Assembly: GCA_050701835.1 (NCBI GenBank)
Contig: JBOGDC010000003.1
Location: 28,085-92,084 of the forward strand
Length of the DNA stretch: 64,000 nt
DNA from: Mycobacterium sp.
Lineage (GTDB): Bacteria; Actinomycetota; Actinomycetes; Mycobacteriales; Mycobacteriaceae
Reading direction: 5' to 3'
Each line of letters begins with the position of its first letter. The first letter of the stretch is position 1. A model generated the notes under the pieces. It saw only the letters and a list, made by a program, of their open reading frames with translations. It searched no databases and was not told the origin of the DNA. Shown in pieces: positions 20,908-32,972 of the stretch. The translations under genes were made by a program, and so were the position numbers.

Positions 20908-21851
20908 CAGTTTCTCCAAGGTAATTTGTGGTCGGGATCAGTCGGGCCGCCCGGTTGGGTCGGGCCGATTTCGACGGGAACGTTGTCCAAAAGTCGGGTT
21001 GCCCCCAGCGTGGCCGCCACCAACATGCGGCCGGGCCCTTGCGCGGGGACGGGACCGAGATCGGCGCCACGCACCTCCAGGTAGTCCACCTGTATCGCGG
21101 GCACCTCATCCAGCACGGCACGGGCGGCGTCCAGAGCTGCCTCCGAACCCATTGGAGCTGAATAGATTCCGGCGAGGAGCGCAGCCGACAATGCTCCCGC
21201 CTGTTCGCGGTGCTCGTGGCTCAGGTAGACGTTGCGCGAGGACATCGCCAATCCGTCGGCCTCTCGGACGATCGGAATCGGAACAATGCGCGTCTTGAGG
21301 TTCAGATCCGCGACCATCTGCCTGACGAGTACCAGCTGCTGGTAATCCTTCTCCCCGAAATACGCCTGGTCGGGCGCCACGATTTGCAGCAACTTGTGCA
21401 CGACCGTCAGCATCCCGGCGAAATGCGTTGGGCGTGAGGCGCCCTCAAGCTCCGCGCCGAGCGGTCCGGGCAGGATGGTGGTGCGTTGACCGTTGGGGTA
21501 CATCGATTCCGCGGTCGGCGCGAACACCAGCTCCACCCCCTCGCCGCGCAGCTTCTCGACATCCGAATCCAAGGTTCGCGGATAAGCGTCGAGGTCCTCG
21601 CCGGGGCCGAACTGTAAGGGGTTCACGAAGATCGACACCACAACCACCGCACCCGGTACCTTCCGGGCGTGCCGGACCAGCGTCAGATGGCCCTCATGCA
21701 GGGCACCCATGGTCGGCACCAACATGATCCGGCGGCCGGTATGCCGCAATGCCTTCGATACGTCGTACATGGCGTCGGGGTCGTGGTGAACGGTCAGCTC
21801 TCCGCTGAGGTAGCCCTTCGGGCCCTTCGGCCCATACAAACTCGTCATCAC
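20907..21851 (-). CDS. panC: Pantoate-beta-alanine ligase
   Basis: [26 protein letters not shown] and FGEKDYQQL motifs. Confidence 0.93.
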   Translation of the reverse strand: MMTSLYGPKGPKGYLSGELTVHHDPDAMYDVSKALRHTGRRIMLVPTMGALHEGHLTLVRHARKVPGAVVVVSIFVNPLQFGPGEDLDAYPRTLDSDVEKLRGEGVELVFAPTAESMYPNGQRTTILPGPLGAELEGASRPTHFAGMLTVVHKLLQIVAPDQAYFGEKDYQQLVLVRQMVADLNLKTRIVPIPIVREADGLAMSSRNVYLSHEHREQAGALSAALLAGIYSAPMGSEAALDAARAVLDEVPAIQVDYLEVRGADLGPVPAQGPGRMLVAATLGATRLLDNVPVEIGPTQPGGPTDPDHKLPWRN

Positions 21852-21858
21852 TGTGTCT

Positions 21859-22812
21859 TCACCTAGTCCGGGGTTCCAAAGCTACGAAAACCGATTGGGG
21901 AGCATGCGCGCGTTGCGCGGTACGGCGAGCGTCGGCGCGATACGCCTCCGCCAATGCCGGATCTGTCTCGGCAAGTGCGTCGAGATGACGGCGAACGGCG
22001 GCACCGTCTCCGCGTGCCACCGGGCCTGTCAGTGCCGACTGCCCACGCTCCAGGGCGTTGGCGACGGCGGCATGCACCAGCGGCCCCAGCACCCGCTCGG
22101 GCAGGCCGCTGGGGCCTTCGCCAATTGTCTCCTGCCCCAACAGTTCCTGCCCCCAGAGCGCGGAGCGCAGCGCCTCGACCGCGTCCAGCACGAGGGTCAC
22201 GACATGGTTGCTTCCGTGCGCCAGAGCTGCGTGATAGAGGGTGCGCGCATCTTCTCGCACCCGCATCGGTTCTCCGCCGATCTCCAGCACCAGCGCGGTA
22301 CCGATGGCGTAACCCGTCTCGTCGGCGGCAGTAATGCCAAAGCAGGAGTTGAGAAGTCGTTCGATGTCCTCGTCGCCACCGGTGAAGGTCATCGCCGGAT
22401 GGATTGCCAACGGAACGCATCCGAGATCGGTCAGCGGCTCCAGTATTGCGATGCCATTGGCGCCGGAAGTGTGTACGACGATGGTTCCCGGCCGCACCGA
22501 CCCGGTAGCGGCAAGACCAGAGACCAAGGCCGCCAACTCGTGATCGGGCACCGCAAGCAGCAGTAGCTCGGCGCGTGGGGCCACCTCTTGGGCGGGCAGT
22601 ACCTGACTTTCCGGCAGGCGTTCTTCGGCGCGCCGTCGCGAGGCATCGGACACCGCGCTACATGCGACGACGAAGTGCCCCGCCGCCTCCAGGGCGACGC
22701 CGATTGCCGTGCCAACTCGGCCGGCGGAAATGATCCCGATGGCGAGGCGGGCAGGCCGCAAGCCGTCTAGCGGCCCGTCGGCTCGGCCATCAACACTGAA
22801 AGCCTCAGACAT
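21859..22812 (-). CDS. Rossmann-fold NAD(P)-binding protein with DUF2520-like C-terminal domain (Rv3603c-like)
   Basis: [14 protein letters not shown] dinucleotide-binding motif. The conserved position next to panC suggests a possible ketopantoate-reductase-type role; this is inference only. Confidence 0.7.
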   Translation of the reverse strand: MSEAFSVDGRADGPLDGLRPARLAIGIISAGRVGTAIGVALEAAGHFVVACSAVSDASRRRAEERLPESQVLPAQEVAPRAELLLLAVPDHELAALVSGLAATGSVRPGTIVVHTSGANGIAILEPLTDLGCVPLAIHPAMTFTGGDEDIERLLNSCFGITAADETGYAIGTALVLEIGGEPMRVREDARTLYHAALAHGSNHVVTLVLDAVEALRSALWGQELLGQETIGEGPSGLPERVLGPLVHAAVANALERGQSALTGPVARGDGAAVRRHLDALAETDPALAEAYRADARRTAQRAHAPQSVFVALEPRTR

Positions 22813-22967
22813 GCTGAACGAGACACCTCGCTGGCTAGAAACGTTCCAGTCCTGCGCTGCAGGTACCGGACGGTCATCAGCAGGTTAATCCCACCGCAGT
22901 GCGAGCGGCAGGGGACTAGGCCGTTAGATTGCTCACTTTCGCGCACGGTGACGAAATCGAAGCAGGG

Positions 22968-24443
22968 TCAGTCCTCGCGGCGGCGACGGCGGCCACCCGA
23001 CTCCGAAGAATCACCCTGGAGGCGTCCGAGCAGGTCGGCGACCGAAAAGCCACCCGTTTCCTCGACCCGGCGCCTGCCCTGGGAATCCTCGGACTCCTCG
23101 GATTCTGCGGGCTCCGGAGCCCGCCGTCGGCCGCGAGATTCCTCGGGATCCGGCGCGCGGTGGCCGCCGGAACTCTCGGGATGGCTCTGTTGTTCGGGCG
23201 CCGGGGGTGGGTAGGAAGGTTCGGGTGCCCAGTGCCCACCTGCCCCGGTTTCGGTCGCGGCCGGTGCCTGGTGCCGAGACGCAATCCCCGAGTGGCGTCC
23301 CGGTGCTGGTTCAGCCTGGTGGGGGGCTGAGGGTGGCGGCGGCGCGGGTTCGTTGGGGGCCCAATTGCTTCCGGAGCTTCCGGGGGGTAGCCACTGGCCC
23401 TCTGCGGGTGCCGGAGACCAGCTGTTCTGCGGCGGCGGCGGCGCATTCCAATCGGGTGGCGGTGCGTTCCAGACGGATTGCGGGGCAGGCTGCGCCGGAG
23501 GTGCTATTGGCTGAGGCGCCGGATCCCAGTCCTCACCATCCGCCGCGGCGTCCCAATCCTCCTGTCTGGCAGCCCAATACGCTGGCTGTTCGGTCTGCGC
23601 GGCAACCGGGACTTCGGGTTCGCGGTCCTGCGCTACATGCGGCTCAGGTTGCGGACGCCAATGAGTCCCGGACGACACCGGCTGCTGATACGGCTCGGGC
23701 TCGTGCGGTTGAGCGGCTCCGTAGTAGGCAGGTGTCGGATAGGGCGGCGTAGGAGGAGCCTCGTCCTCGTCCACGTGATGGGGGTCTTCGGCGACGTCGA
23801 TGATCGGGTACTCAGAAGTCCGAGTGTCCTCGTCGACGGCGGTGACGTCCTGGTATTCGGTCGCGGGGGCGGCCTGCTGCTGAGGCTCCCGAACGGAGTG
23901 GGTGAACGCTGCCGAAGCGCGCTCAGTTCTGTCGGGCCCGGGCTCGGGCTCCGCGCCGGGCCAGGGCCCCAAAGCGCGAATCGGATCGTGCTCGATCGCC
24001 GGCCGGTCGCTCAGGTCGGTGTTGAAAAGGATCTCCAGGTTGGTGCGCAACGCAGAGAGCTCGGCGCGCAGCGTCGCGATCTCATCGGCGGCCTGTGCCT
24101 CGATCTCCCCTGCCAGCTGCTGACGCAGTCTGCTCTCCACCGTCAGCTCGTACTCGCGTCGCGCAGAAATCTCCCGCTCCAGCTGCAGGTCGTAGACGAG
24201 TTTCTGATCGCGTACCTTCGATTGATCGGCATCACTTTGCCGCCGATAGGTCAGCGCGGCGAATGACGCGATGACCGCAGCCCATAGCGCCAGCAACAAG
24301 CCGACGCGTAGATAGATGGCCTTATCGGTGAAAACCAGGGCTATCCCGGACCCGATCGCCAGCACCAGCAACGCGGTCAGCAACGCCCAGCCGGGGCGGC
24401 GGCTGCCACGCCGGAGCTTCGCCGCGCGGGTGGGCATGGTCAT
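22968..24443 (-). CDS. Membrane-anchored coiled-coil and Pro/Ala/Glu-rich low-complexity protein (Rv3604c-like)
   Basis: Two TM helices after MTMPTRAAKLRR, a coiled-coil-like segment, a long P/A/Q/W-rich region and an Arg-rich tail. Start chosen at 24443 so that the ORF does not overlap the upstream gene. Confidence 0.65.
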   Translation of the reverse strand: MTMPTRAAKLRRGSRRPGWALLTALLVLAIGSGIALVFTDKAIYLRVGLLLALWAAVIASFAALTYRRQSDADQSKVRDQKLVYDLQLEREISARREYELTVESRLRQQLAGEIEAQAADEIATLRAELSALRTNLEILFNTDLSDRPAIEHDPIRALGPWPGAEPEPGPDRTERASAAFTHSVREPQQQAAPATEYQDVTAVDEDTRTSEYPIIDVAEDPHHVDEDEAPPTPPYPTPAYYGAAQPHEPEPYQQPVSSGTHWRPQPEPHVAQDREPEVPVAAQTEQPAYWAARQEDWDAAADGEDWDPAPQPIAPPAQPAPQSVWNAPPPDWNAPPPPQNSWSPAPAEGQWLPPGSSGSNWAPNEPAPPPPSAPHQAEPAPGRHSGIASRHQAPAATETGAGGHWAPEPSYPPPAPEQQSHPESSGGHRAPDPEESRGRRRAPEPAESEESEDSQGRRRVEETGGFSVADLLGRLQGDSSESGGRRRRRED

Positions 24444-24513
24444 GGGGGTGACTGTACCCGGACAGTGCAGTGTGCTGGCCGACCTTGATTCGGCGATTCG
24501 ACATGCGCGAGTG

Positions 24514-24981
24514 CTATCGAGCGGGAGTCGCGGGCGGATCGGGCGGGGACTTACAGCAATGCTGAAGCCATAGCCCCGCGACCACAAGCGCCACCGCACA
24601 TCCGGTCGCGATCACCACGCCCAGAGTGTCCGCTACAGCGGCCGCCAGCTGCGCCCGACGCGGCAGGATGTAGATGAGCATCGCCATCCACCATCCGGTC
24701 ATCAGCGTGCCAAGCCATGCCGACGCCTTCGCGACTACCACTGAGCGCGCCACCGCGAGCGCGGGCAAACGCCCGGTGCCGACTCCGATCTCACCGTCGT
24801 TGACCTTGTTGCGAATGTAGAGCGCCCAGCCACCCTCAGCGATCGCCAACACAAACAGCGAGACACCTGCGAGCAACGGGATCGGCGGCAAGGATCCGTA
24901 CGTTGCCGAGACGAAGAAGTAGCCGAGGATCACCGTGACCACGCCCGCGGTCAGCAGATCGCGGATCCGGGTGGCGCCCAC
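24514..24981 (-). CDS. DUF3180-like four-TM membrane protein (Rv3605c-like)
   Basis: 155 aa with four hydrophobic helices. The start overlaps the folK stop, as in the conserved fol cluster. Confidence 0.6.
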   Translation of the reverse strand: MGATRIRDLLTAGVVTVILGYFFVSATYGSLPPIPLLAGVSLFVLAIAEGGWALYIRNKVNDGEIGVGTGRLPALAVARSVVVAKASAWLGTLMTGWWMAMLIYILPRRAQLAAAVADTLGVVIATGCAVALVVAGLWLQHCCKSPPDPPATPAR

Positions 24982-25511
24982 TACGCCACCGGACCGGTCA
25001 GGGTGTCATCCACCCGTCGCACGCCGTCGCGTTCTGCCGGTTCGAGGCCCGCCAGCAGGTCCGCTGCCGGGCGGGTCTGCCCGTCGACGGTCAGCATCGC
25101 ACCCGGTTCGATCGCCAGCCACGGCACCAGCACGAAGGCGCGCTGATGCGCGCGGGGATGCGGCAGCGTGAGATCTGGATCATCGGAAAGAATCTCGACG
25201 GAGGCCGTATCGGCGCCTTGCCTGCAGCTGATCACATCGACATCGAGAGTGCGTGGCCCCCAACGCTCCGCGCGCAGCCGCTGCGCGGACTGCTCCAGAC
25301 GATGCGCCACTGCGAGCCACTCCTGGGGCTCACGTCCCTCGGCGATGACGACGGCATTGAGGAAGTCTTCTTGCGGAACCGGCCCCCATGGGGCGGTCTG
25401 GTAAACCGGCGATATCCCCACCACATCCGCGCCGAGACTGTCGACGACCGATTGCAGATGCGCCAGCCTGTCACCGAGGTTGGATCCGATGGACAGCACG
25501 GCGTGTGTCAC
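24981..25511 (-). CDS. folK: 2-amino-4-hydroxy-6-hydroxymethyldihydropteridine pyrophosphokinase
   Basis: AVLSIGSNLGDR...QTAPWG...NAVV...RWGPRTLDVDV motifs. Confidence 0.9.
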   Translation of the reverse strand: MTHAVLSIGSNLGDRLAHLQSVVDSLGADVVGISPVYQTAPWGPVPQEDFLNAVVIAEGREPQEWLAVAHRLEQSAQRLRAERWGPRTLDVDVISCRQGADTASVEILSDDPDLTLPHPRAHQRAFVLVPWLAIEPGAMLTVDGQTRPAADLLAGLEPAERDGVRRVDDTLTGPVA

Positions 25512-25894
25512 TACTGCGATCCCCCGGAGCGAGACCGCCGGGATCGTCGGGCCACCACGGCCACATCGTTGAACGTCAGGGGAATTGGCGCGTTGGGTTT
25601 GTGAACCACCGCCTCCACGGCATGCACCCTCGCGTCGGTCATCACGTCATCGGCGATGGCGCCCGCGACGGATTCGATGAGATTGCGCGGCGGACCCGCC
25701 AGGATCGCGGCGGCCCGCTGAGCCAGCTCTCCGTAATCGAGGGTATCGGTCAGCTGATCGGTGGCCGCAGCGGTATCGAGGTCCAGCCACACGGTGATAT
25801 CCACCGAAAACTCCTGGCCGTCGCGACGCTCATGCTCGAATACGCCGTGGTAACCAAAGACTTTCAGGCCCCGGAGCTCTATGCGGTCGGTCAT
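25511..25894 (-). CDS. folB: Dihydroneopterin aldolase
   Basis: [27 protein letters not shown]...DYGELA...VHKPNAPI. Confidence 0.9.
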   Translation of the reverse strand: MTDRIELRGLKVFGYHGVFEHERRDGQEFSVDITVWLDLDTAAATDQLTDTLDYGELAQRAAAILAGPPRNLIESVAGAIADDVMTDARVHAVEAVVHKPNAPIPLTFNDVAVVARRSRRSRSGGSQ

Positions 25895-26919
25895 TTCGTG
25901 TCGCCTCGGGAACCGCGCTGCGCAACCTCACGACGCCACTTACCGGCGGGTGCTGGGCGTTTGGTCCGAACCGTCACCTCGACGGTGGCCTCCTCCTCAA
26001 CAGACTCGGCGGCGGCCGGCTCGGCCGGTGGGGCGCTCTCGTCCTGCTGGCCCACCTCTCGCTCTTCTACACCCTCTTCGAGGGTCTCGGCACCACCCGT
26101 CTCCCAGGCGCGCACTACTTTCAGCGCATCCATCGACGCCGTGACATCGTGCACACGCACACCCCACACCTCATGAAGCGCGGCGAGTGCCGTGATGACG
26201 GCGGTAGCAGTTTCACGCCCGTCGGCCGGTCGCTCCACTCCCTTGAGATCGGTGAGCAGCGAGCCCAAGAATCGTTTCCGGGAGGCACCGATGAGAATCG
26301 GGAATCCAAGCTCCTGCATATCCGGGATCGCTTGCAATAGAAGCCAATTATGGTGCGCGGTTTTGGCGAAGCCGAGACCGGGATCGAGAATGAGCCGCTC
26401 GCGAGACACACCTGCCTTGAGCGCGACGTCCACCGATTCCATGAGTTCGCGCGATACGTCGGCGACTACGTCCACATAGTTCCGGGCGGCCGATGCATGG
26501 ATGAAATCCTTTGAACGCCAATGCATCAGGATCCAGGGCAAGCCTAGGTCAGCCATCAACGGAGCCATCGCCGGATCGGCACGCCCGCCCGAGACGTCAT
26601 TCACCATATTCGCCCCGGCCTTGACCGCGGCCGCTGCGACCGACGCGCGCATGGTGTCGACGCTGATGTTGATGCCGTGACTCGCAAGCTCTTCGATTAC
26701 CGGGACCACTCGCTGCAACTCGATCTTCTGCGCGATCGACTTGGCACCGGGACGCGTCGATTGCCCGCCGACATCGATGATGTCGGCGCCGGCGGAGGCC
26801 AGCGCCAGCCCATGTGCCACCGCATCCGATTGCCTGACGAATTTCCCACCGTCAGAGAAGGAGTCGTCGGTGACGTTGACGACTCCCAGGATGTGGGTCA
26901 GTGCGGGAGTATCCGTCAC
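25891..26919 (-). CDS. folP: Dihydropteroate synthase with a roughly 65-aa C-terminal extension
   Basis: [39 protein letters not shown] and GASRKRF motifs. An acidic-then-basic tail follows VRVHDV...VVRAWE. Confidence 0.92.
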   Translation of the reverse strand: MTDTPALTHILGVVNVTDDSFSDGGKFVRQSDAVAHGLALASAGADIIDVGGQSTRPGAKSIAQKIELQRVVPVIEELASHGINISVDTMRASVAAAAVKAGANMVNDVSGGRADPAMAPLMADLGLPWILMHWRSKDFIHASAARNYVDVVADVSRELMESVDVALKAGVSRERLILDPGLGFAKTAHHNWLLLQAIPDMQELGFPILIGASRKRFLGSLLTDLKGVERPADGRETATAVITALAALHEVWGVRVHDVTASMDALKVVRAWETGGAETLEEGVEEREVGQQDESAPPAEPAAAESVEEEATVEVTVRTKRPAPAGKWRREVAQRGSRGDTK

Positions 26920-26926
26920 GTCCCGA

Positions 26927-27541
26927 TCATGTCCTTAGTATCAAGTCGAGAACCTCGGCCCGCGAGGCCACATCGGTTTTGAACTGGCCGCGCACGGCGG
27001 AGGTGGTGGTTGTCGCCCCCGGCTTGCGCACACCGCGCATCGCCATACACAGATGTTCGGCCTCCACCACAACGATCACGCCGCGCGGTTCCAGCTTGCG
27101 CACCAACGCGTCCGCAATCTGTGCCGTCAACCGCTCCTGAACCTGCGGCCGTTTTGCGTAAAGGTCAACCAGGCGTGCGATTTTCGACAGCCCGGTGACC
27201 CGGCCGTGTTGACCGGGGATGTATCCGACGTGCGCGACACCATGGAAGGACACCAGGTGATGTTCACATGTCGAGTACATCGGTATCGATTTCACCAGCA
27301 CCAGCTCGTCGTGCTGTTCGTCAAAGGTGGTGTTCAGCACCGTGTCCGGATCGGTGTACAGCCCCGCGAATATCTCCCGGTAGGCGCGTGCCACGCGGGC
27401 GGGGGTGTCCACGAGTCCGTTTCTGTCCGGATCTTCACCGACCGCATACAGCAGTTCGCGGACCGCGGCCTCTGCTCGTGCCTGGTCGAAAACATGAGAG
27501 GTCGGCTGACCGTTGTGCTCGGCCGTCTCGGGCGAGTTCAT
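26927..27541 (-). CDS. folE: GTP cyclohydrolase I
   Basis: MNSPETAEH..., then [25 protein letters not shown] and [10 protein letters not shown] at 27539-27541. The 355-aa track ORF is an extension that overlaps ftsH. Confidence 0.93.
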   Translation of the reverse strand: MNSPETAEHNGQPTSHVFDQARAEAAVRELLYAVGEDPDRNGLVDTPARVARAYREIFAGLYTDPDTVLNTTFDEQHDELVLVKSIPMYSTCEHHLVSFHGVAHVGYIPGQHGRVTGLSKIARLVDLYAKRPQVQERLTAQIADALVRKLEPRGVIVVVEAEHLCMAMRGVRKPGATTTTSAVRGQFKTDVASRAEVLDLILRT

Positions 27542-27542
27542 C

Positions 27543-29840
<2,298 letters not shown>

Positions 29841-29909
29841 ACAGCGTCGGCCGCGGTCAGCGGCCCGGTCCTTCCGTAGACAATGGGGAAGACATAAGGA
29901 ACTTTCAGG

Positions 29910-30437
29910 CTACCTCACCTGCGTTTTCACTTGTATCGCGCGCATTGCGCGTTCGGCGAAACCGGAGGCATCGGGATTGTCTAGGTATTGAACAAAACGA
30001 TGTGCAGGTAGATCGCGTCGGGTGACCTGATGTCCTGGACTACGTCGCGGTACACCCACGGCTTCTCGATGTGATCTTGGGCTGTCTTGACGTTCGTAGT
30101 GATCTTGGGCTGTCTTGACGTTCGTAGCGCTCGACATCGGCGGTCCGGCGATGAACGTCATGTCCGACGGATCCTTTACCGGCAGAAAAGGCGCGATGAA
30201 CGCCGAATTCCGCAGGATCGCCTCGACATCCCGTTCCGTGACACGCAATGCCACCTCATATCGGGTGTCGATACCGTGATCCATTCGAACCTTGAGCACA
30301 CCGACCCCGTTCGGGATATCGACCTTTCCGAATGCTTCCGCCTCTTCGAGAGGCACTTCGACACCGGCGCGTCCGAAATCAAGGGAACACCCAGCTAATA
30401 GCGCGCACAAAACCAGCCCCACCAGCGCTCGCACCAC
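29910..30437 (-). CDS. Hypothetical lipoprotein whose C-terminal third is replaced by a frameshift (28-bp tandem duplication)
   Basis: Signal peptide and lipobox LLAGC. After ...SSATNVKTAQDH the same 28 nt are read again in a shifted frame (YERQDSPRSH), giving an Arg-rich tail. Removing one copy restores ...DHIEKPWVYRDVVQDIRSPDAIYLHIVLFNT, with a stop at 29981-29983. Confidence 0.55.
   Translation of the reverse strand: MVRALVGLVLCALLAGCSLDFGRAGVEVPLEEAEAFGKVDIPNGVGVLKVRMDHGIDTRYEVALRVTERDVEAILRNSAFIAPFLPVKDPSDMTFIAGPPMSSATNVKTAQDHYERQDSPRSHREAVGVPRRSPGHQVTRRDLPAHRFVQYLDNPDASGFAERAMRAIQVKTQVR
30071..30126. repeat. Perfect 2 x 28-bp tandem duplication
   Basis: GTGATCTTGGGCTGTCTTGACGTTCGTA occurs at 30071-30098 and again at 30099-30126 with no mismatch. 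Confidence 0.95.
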
Positions 30438-30564
30438 TCCCCCTCAGCATGAGATCAGGCCTGTTCAACCCTCCGGGCCGTGATCTTGTTCACGGTACTA
30501 TCGCCCGAGCATCACGAGCGTGGGCACCAGGTCTGCGTGCGACCGAGAACGAAGAGGTCCAGTC

Positions 30565-32208
30565 ATGCCTGGTCGCCATAGTGAAAGCAATCGCCGGCGA
30601 CAGCGCTCTGGCAGATCAAGTCTGCCCAAGTGGATTGCACTGGCGGTGATCGCCATCCTGCTCGGTGGGCTCGGGGTATTCGTCTTCAAGAAGCTGTCCG
30701 AGAGGTGCGGCGACGTCGATACCTTTACAGTCGCCGCCGATCCGGCCATCGCGCCCGTCATATCCAAGGTGGTCGACGGCGCGGGCGCGAAGGGTCTCGG
30801 CTGCACAAAACTCACCGTGGGCGCAAAACCTTCGGCGTTAACAGCGTCGACGATCGGCAAGCCCAACGGGGCGCCCGCACTATGGCTCCCCGATTCATCG
30901 ATCTGGTTGGTGAAACAGCTCCGGACCACTGGCTCTCCGCTGGATTCGGCAAGCCAATCAGTGGCCAGAACTCCTGTCGTCGTAGTAGCCAAGCAGGGCG
31001 AGACGCCGACATTCGACTCGTGGCTGAGCGTGTTGAAGCAACCCGGGCTGCGGATCGGTAATCCGTTGGAGGACACCGTGGCGGCAGGTCCAGTGCTGGG
31101 CGCGCTCGCGGAGGCCGAACAGGGAAAGAGCGACCCCAACGCGATTACCGCGGCACTGGTTCCCATTGCTCAGGCGCAGTTGACGAACACCAAGCAGAGC
31201 AGTGCCGAGGAACGTCTGGGCGAGGTGGCCAAGAATGGCGGCCTGGCGGTGTCCACGGAGCAACAGCTCGTCGACTACAACGCCAAGCATCCGGACACGA
31301 AGCTCACCGCCGTCGTTCCGGCGACCGGCACGCCAGCCCTGAATTACCCGATCGCGGTCACCGAACCCGCCAACGATCGGCACGCCGCGGCCAAGCACTC
31401 CGGGGAAGCCCTGGCCGAACGCCTCGCCGGCAGCGAGGGTAAGGACGCCTTGCTGAGCGCAGGATTCCGCGGACCCGACTTCGCGCCGCTGGACGGTAAG
31501 GGGGTGGGCACCGTGGAGACGCTCACGGTCAATGACCTGACCGCATTCGACACGGCTATGCGCCGATATGCGGTGCTGGCCTTGCCTTCTCGGATGCTTG
31601 CCGTGCTCGACGTCTCCGGCTCGATGCGGGCGGCCGCGGGCCCGACGACGCGAGTCGGCCTACTGAGCCAGGCGATCGACAACGGGCTTCCGCTGTTCCC
31701 CGAGAACGCTCAGATCGGGTTGTGGGCGTTCTCAATCGACAAGGGCGGCCCAAACCAGGACTGGCGAGAGCTACAACCCATCCGCACGCTTAACGAACAG
31801 GTGGGCGATAAGACACAACGCCAGCTCCTTCTCGATAGCGGGCATGGTCTGGACGCCCTCGTCGGCGGCGGAACCGGTTTGTATGACACCACTCTCGCGG
31901 CGTTCCGGAAGGTTCAGTCCACGTACGACCCCCACTACATCAATAGCGTGGTGATCATCACCGACGGAGCGAACGAGGATCCGAACGGCATCTCACTGGA
32001 TCAGCTGCTCGCCACGCTGAAGAAGGAACAGGACCCTTCGCGGCCCATCGTGCTCATCACCCTCGGCATCACCGAGGACGCGGATGCCCCTGTCCTCAAA
32101 CAGATTTCGGATGCTTCCCCAGGCGGTGCCAGCCGGGTCGCGCGCAGCGCCGACGAGATTCCCAATATCGTCACCGACCTCATCCGAGCTCGCACCGCCG
32201 CACACTAA
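30565..32208 (+). CDS. Membrane-anchored fusion of a solute-binding-like domain and a von Willebrand factor A (VWA) domain
   Basis: N-terminal Arg-rich segment plus TM helix (WIALAVIAILLGGLGVFVF), a PBP-like middle region, and a VWA MIDAS motif (LDVSGSM ... TGLYDT ... VIITDGANED). ATG at 30565 is preceded by GAAGAGG. Confidence 0.8.
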   Translation: MPGRHSESNRRRQRSGRSSLPKWIALAVIAILLGGLGVFVFKKLSERCGDVDTFTVAADPAIAPVISKVVDGAGAKGLGCTKLTVGAKPSALTASTIGKPNGAPALWLPDSSIWLVKQLRTTGSPLDSASQSVARTPVVVVAKQGETPTFDSWLSVLKQPGLRIGNPLEDTVAAGPVLGALAEAEQGKSDPNAITAALVPIAQAQLTNTKQSSAEERLGEVAKNGGLAVSTEQQLVDYNAKHPDTKLTAVVPATGTPALNYPIAVTEPANDRHAAAKHSGEALAERLAGSEGKDALLSAGFRGPDFAPLDGKGVGTVETLTVNDLTAFDTAMRRYAVLALPSRMLAVLDVSGSMRAAAGPTTRVGLLSQAIDNGLPLFPENAQIGLWAFSIDKGGPNQDWRELQPIRTLNEQVGDKTQRQLLLDSGHGLDALVGGGTGLYDTTLAAFRKVQSTYDPHYINSVVIITDGANEDPNGISLDQLLATLKKEQDPSRPIVLITLGITEDADAPVLKQISDASPGGASRVARSADEIPNIVTDLIRARTAAH

Positions 32209-32867
32209 ACGAAGACGGCCTCGGGCTCCGGAGGGTTCGACAGCAGCGCGGGCAGCACGAAAACCCGCACATAGCGCCGAACCTGCTCGGGATTATCAGT
32301 GCCGGGTATCAGGCCGAGCAGCAGGGACAACGCGACGGACAGCACATACCGCGCCGCGTCCTCGGGCCGCACGCCCTCGCGAACCTCGGATATCCGGGTG
32401 CTGAAAACCCCCGCGTACATTGACGTCAGCAGGTCAATGAGATTCGGGGCGTTGACAATCAGCGATGCGACCGTGCCGCGATCGTCTCGGTCGGCAAGCA
32501 CCCGCAACAAGGGGTTAGCGCCGACCTCCACCGAAACAATCACCATCGACTCCGGAATGATCTCGGTGAGGTTCTTCAGAACGATGAGGCGACCGATCAT
32601 CTTGGCGATCTCGTTCATCGTCGTGCGGACCACGAGGGCGTCCATCAAGTCTTCGCGGTTCCGGAAATGCCGATACATCACAGCCCTGCTGTATCCGGCT
32701 TCCCGCGCGATGGCTTCCATGGTGGATGCGCCGTACCCACGATCGACGAACAGTCGCTCGGCGGCGTCCAGGAGCTGAGTTTGTGCCTGCTGTGCGGTGT
32801 TTCCGCCACCGGGAGGTCTACCGCGGCCGCGGGGAGCCTTGTTCTCGCTCTCGCTTTTGCGAGCCAT
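32205..32867 (-). CDS. TetR-family transcriptional regulator
   Basis: HTH region LLDAAERLFVDRGYGASTMEAIAREAGYSRAVMYRHFRNRE. The likely start is MARKSE at 32867. Confidence 0.85.
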   Translation of the reverse strand: MARKSESENKAPRGRGRPPGGGNTAQQAQTQLLDAAERLFVDRGYGASTMEAIAREAGYSRAVMYRHFRNREDLMDALVVRTTMNEIAKMIGRLIVLKNLTEIIPESMVIVSVEVGANPLLRVLADRDDRGTVASLIVNAPNLIDLLTSMYAGVFSTRISEVREGVRPEDAARYVLSVALSLLLGLIPGTDNPEQVRRYVRVFVLPALLSNPPEPEAVFV

Positions 32868-32972
32868 CGGCGAGGCCTCCTTGCAACAATATATTGACAC
32901 TTATCGCCTGATGCCTATTATTGAGACTGCGACGATCTCGTCCTGGCATCAACCGGAAAGGCCCGAGTTTAT

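Noticed and set aside
22968-23700. Apparent repeats in the Pro/Ala/Trp-rich region (WNAPPPDWNAPPPP, RRAPDPEE/RRAPEPAE)
   Set aside because: These are low-complexity, compositionally biased coding sequence rather than a defined tandem-repeat array. The units are short and imperfect.
29939-29951. 13-nt palindrome CGCGCATTGCGCG upstream of ftsH
   Set aside because: It is an isolated short GC-rich palindrome with no matching second site or known operator consensus. It also lies inside the frameshift-extended lipoprotein ORF. It is not enough to call a regulatory site.
32887-32896. Palindrome CAATATATTG as a TetR operator
   Set aside because: It is plausible given its position between the divergent TetR and Coq4-like genes, and I mention it in the findings. 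However, a single 10-bp AT palindrome could equally be promoter -10/-35 sequence, so I did not annotate it as a feature.
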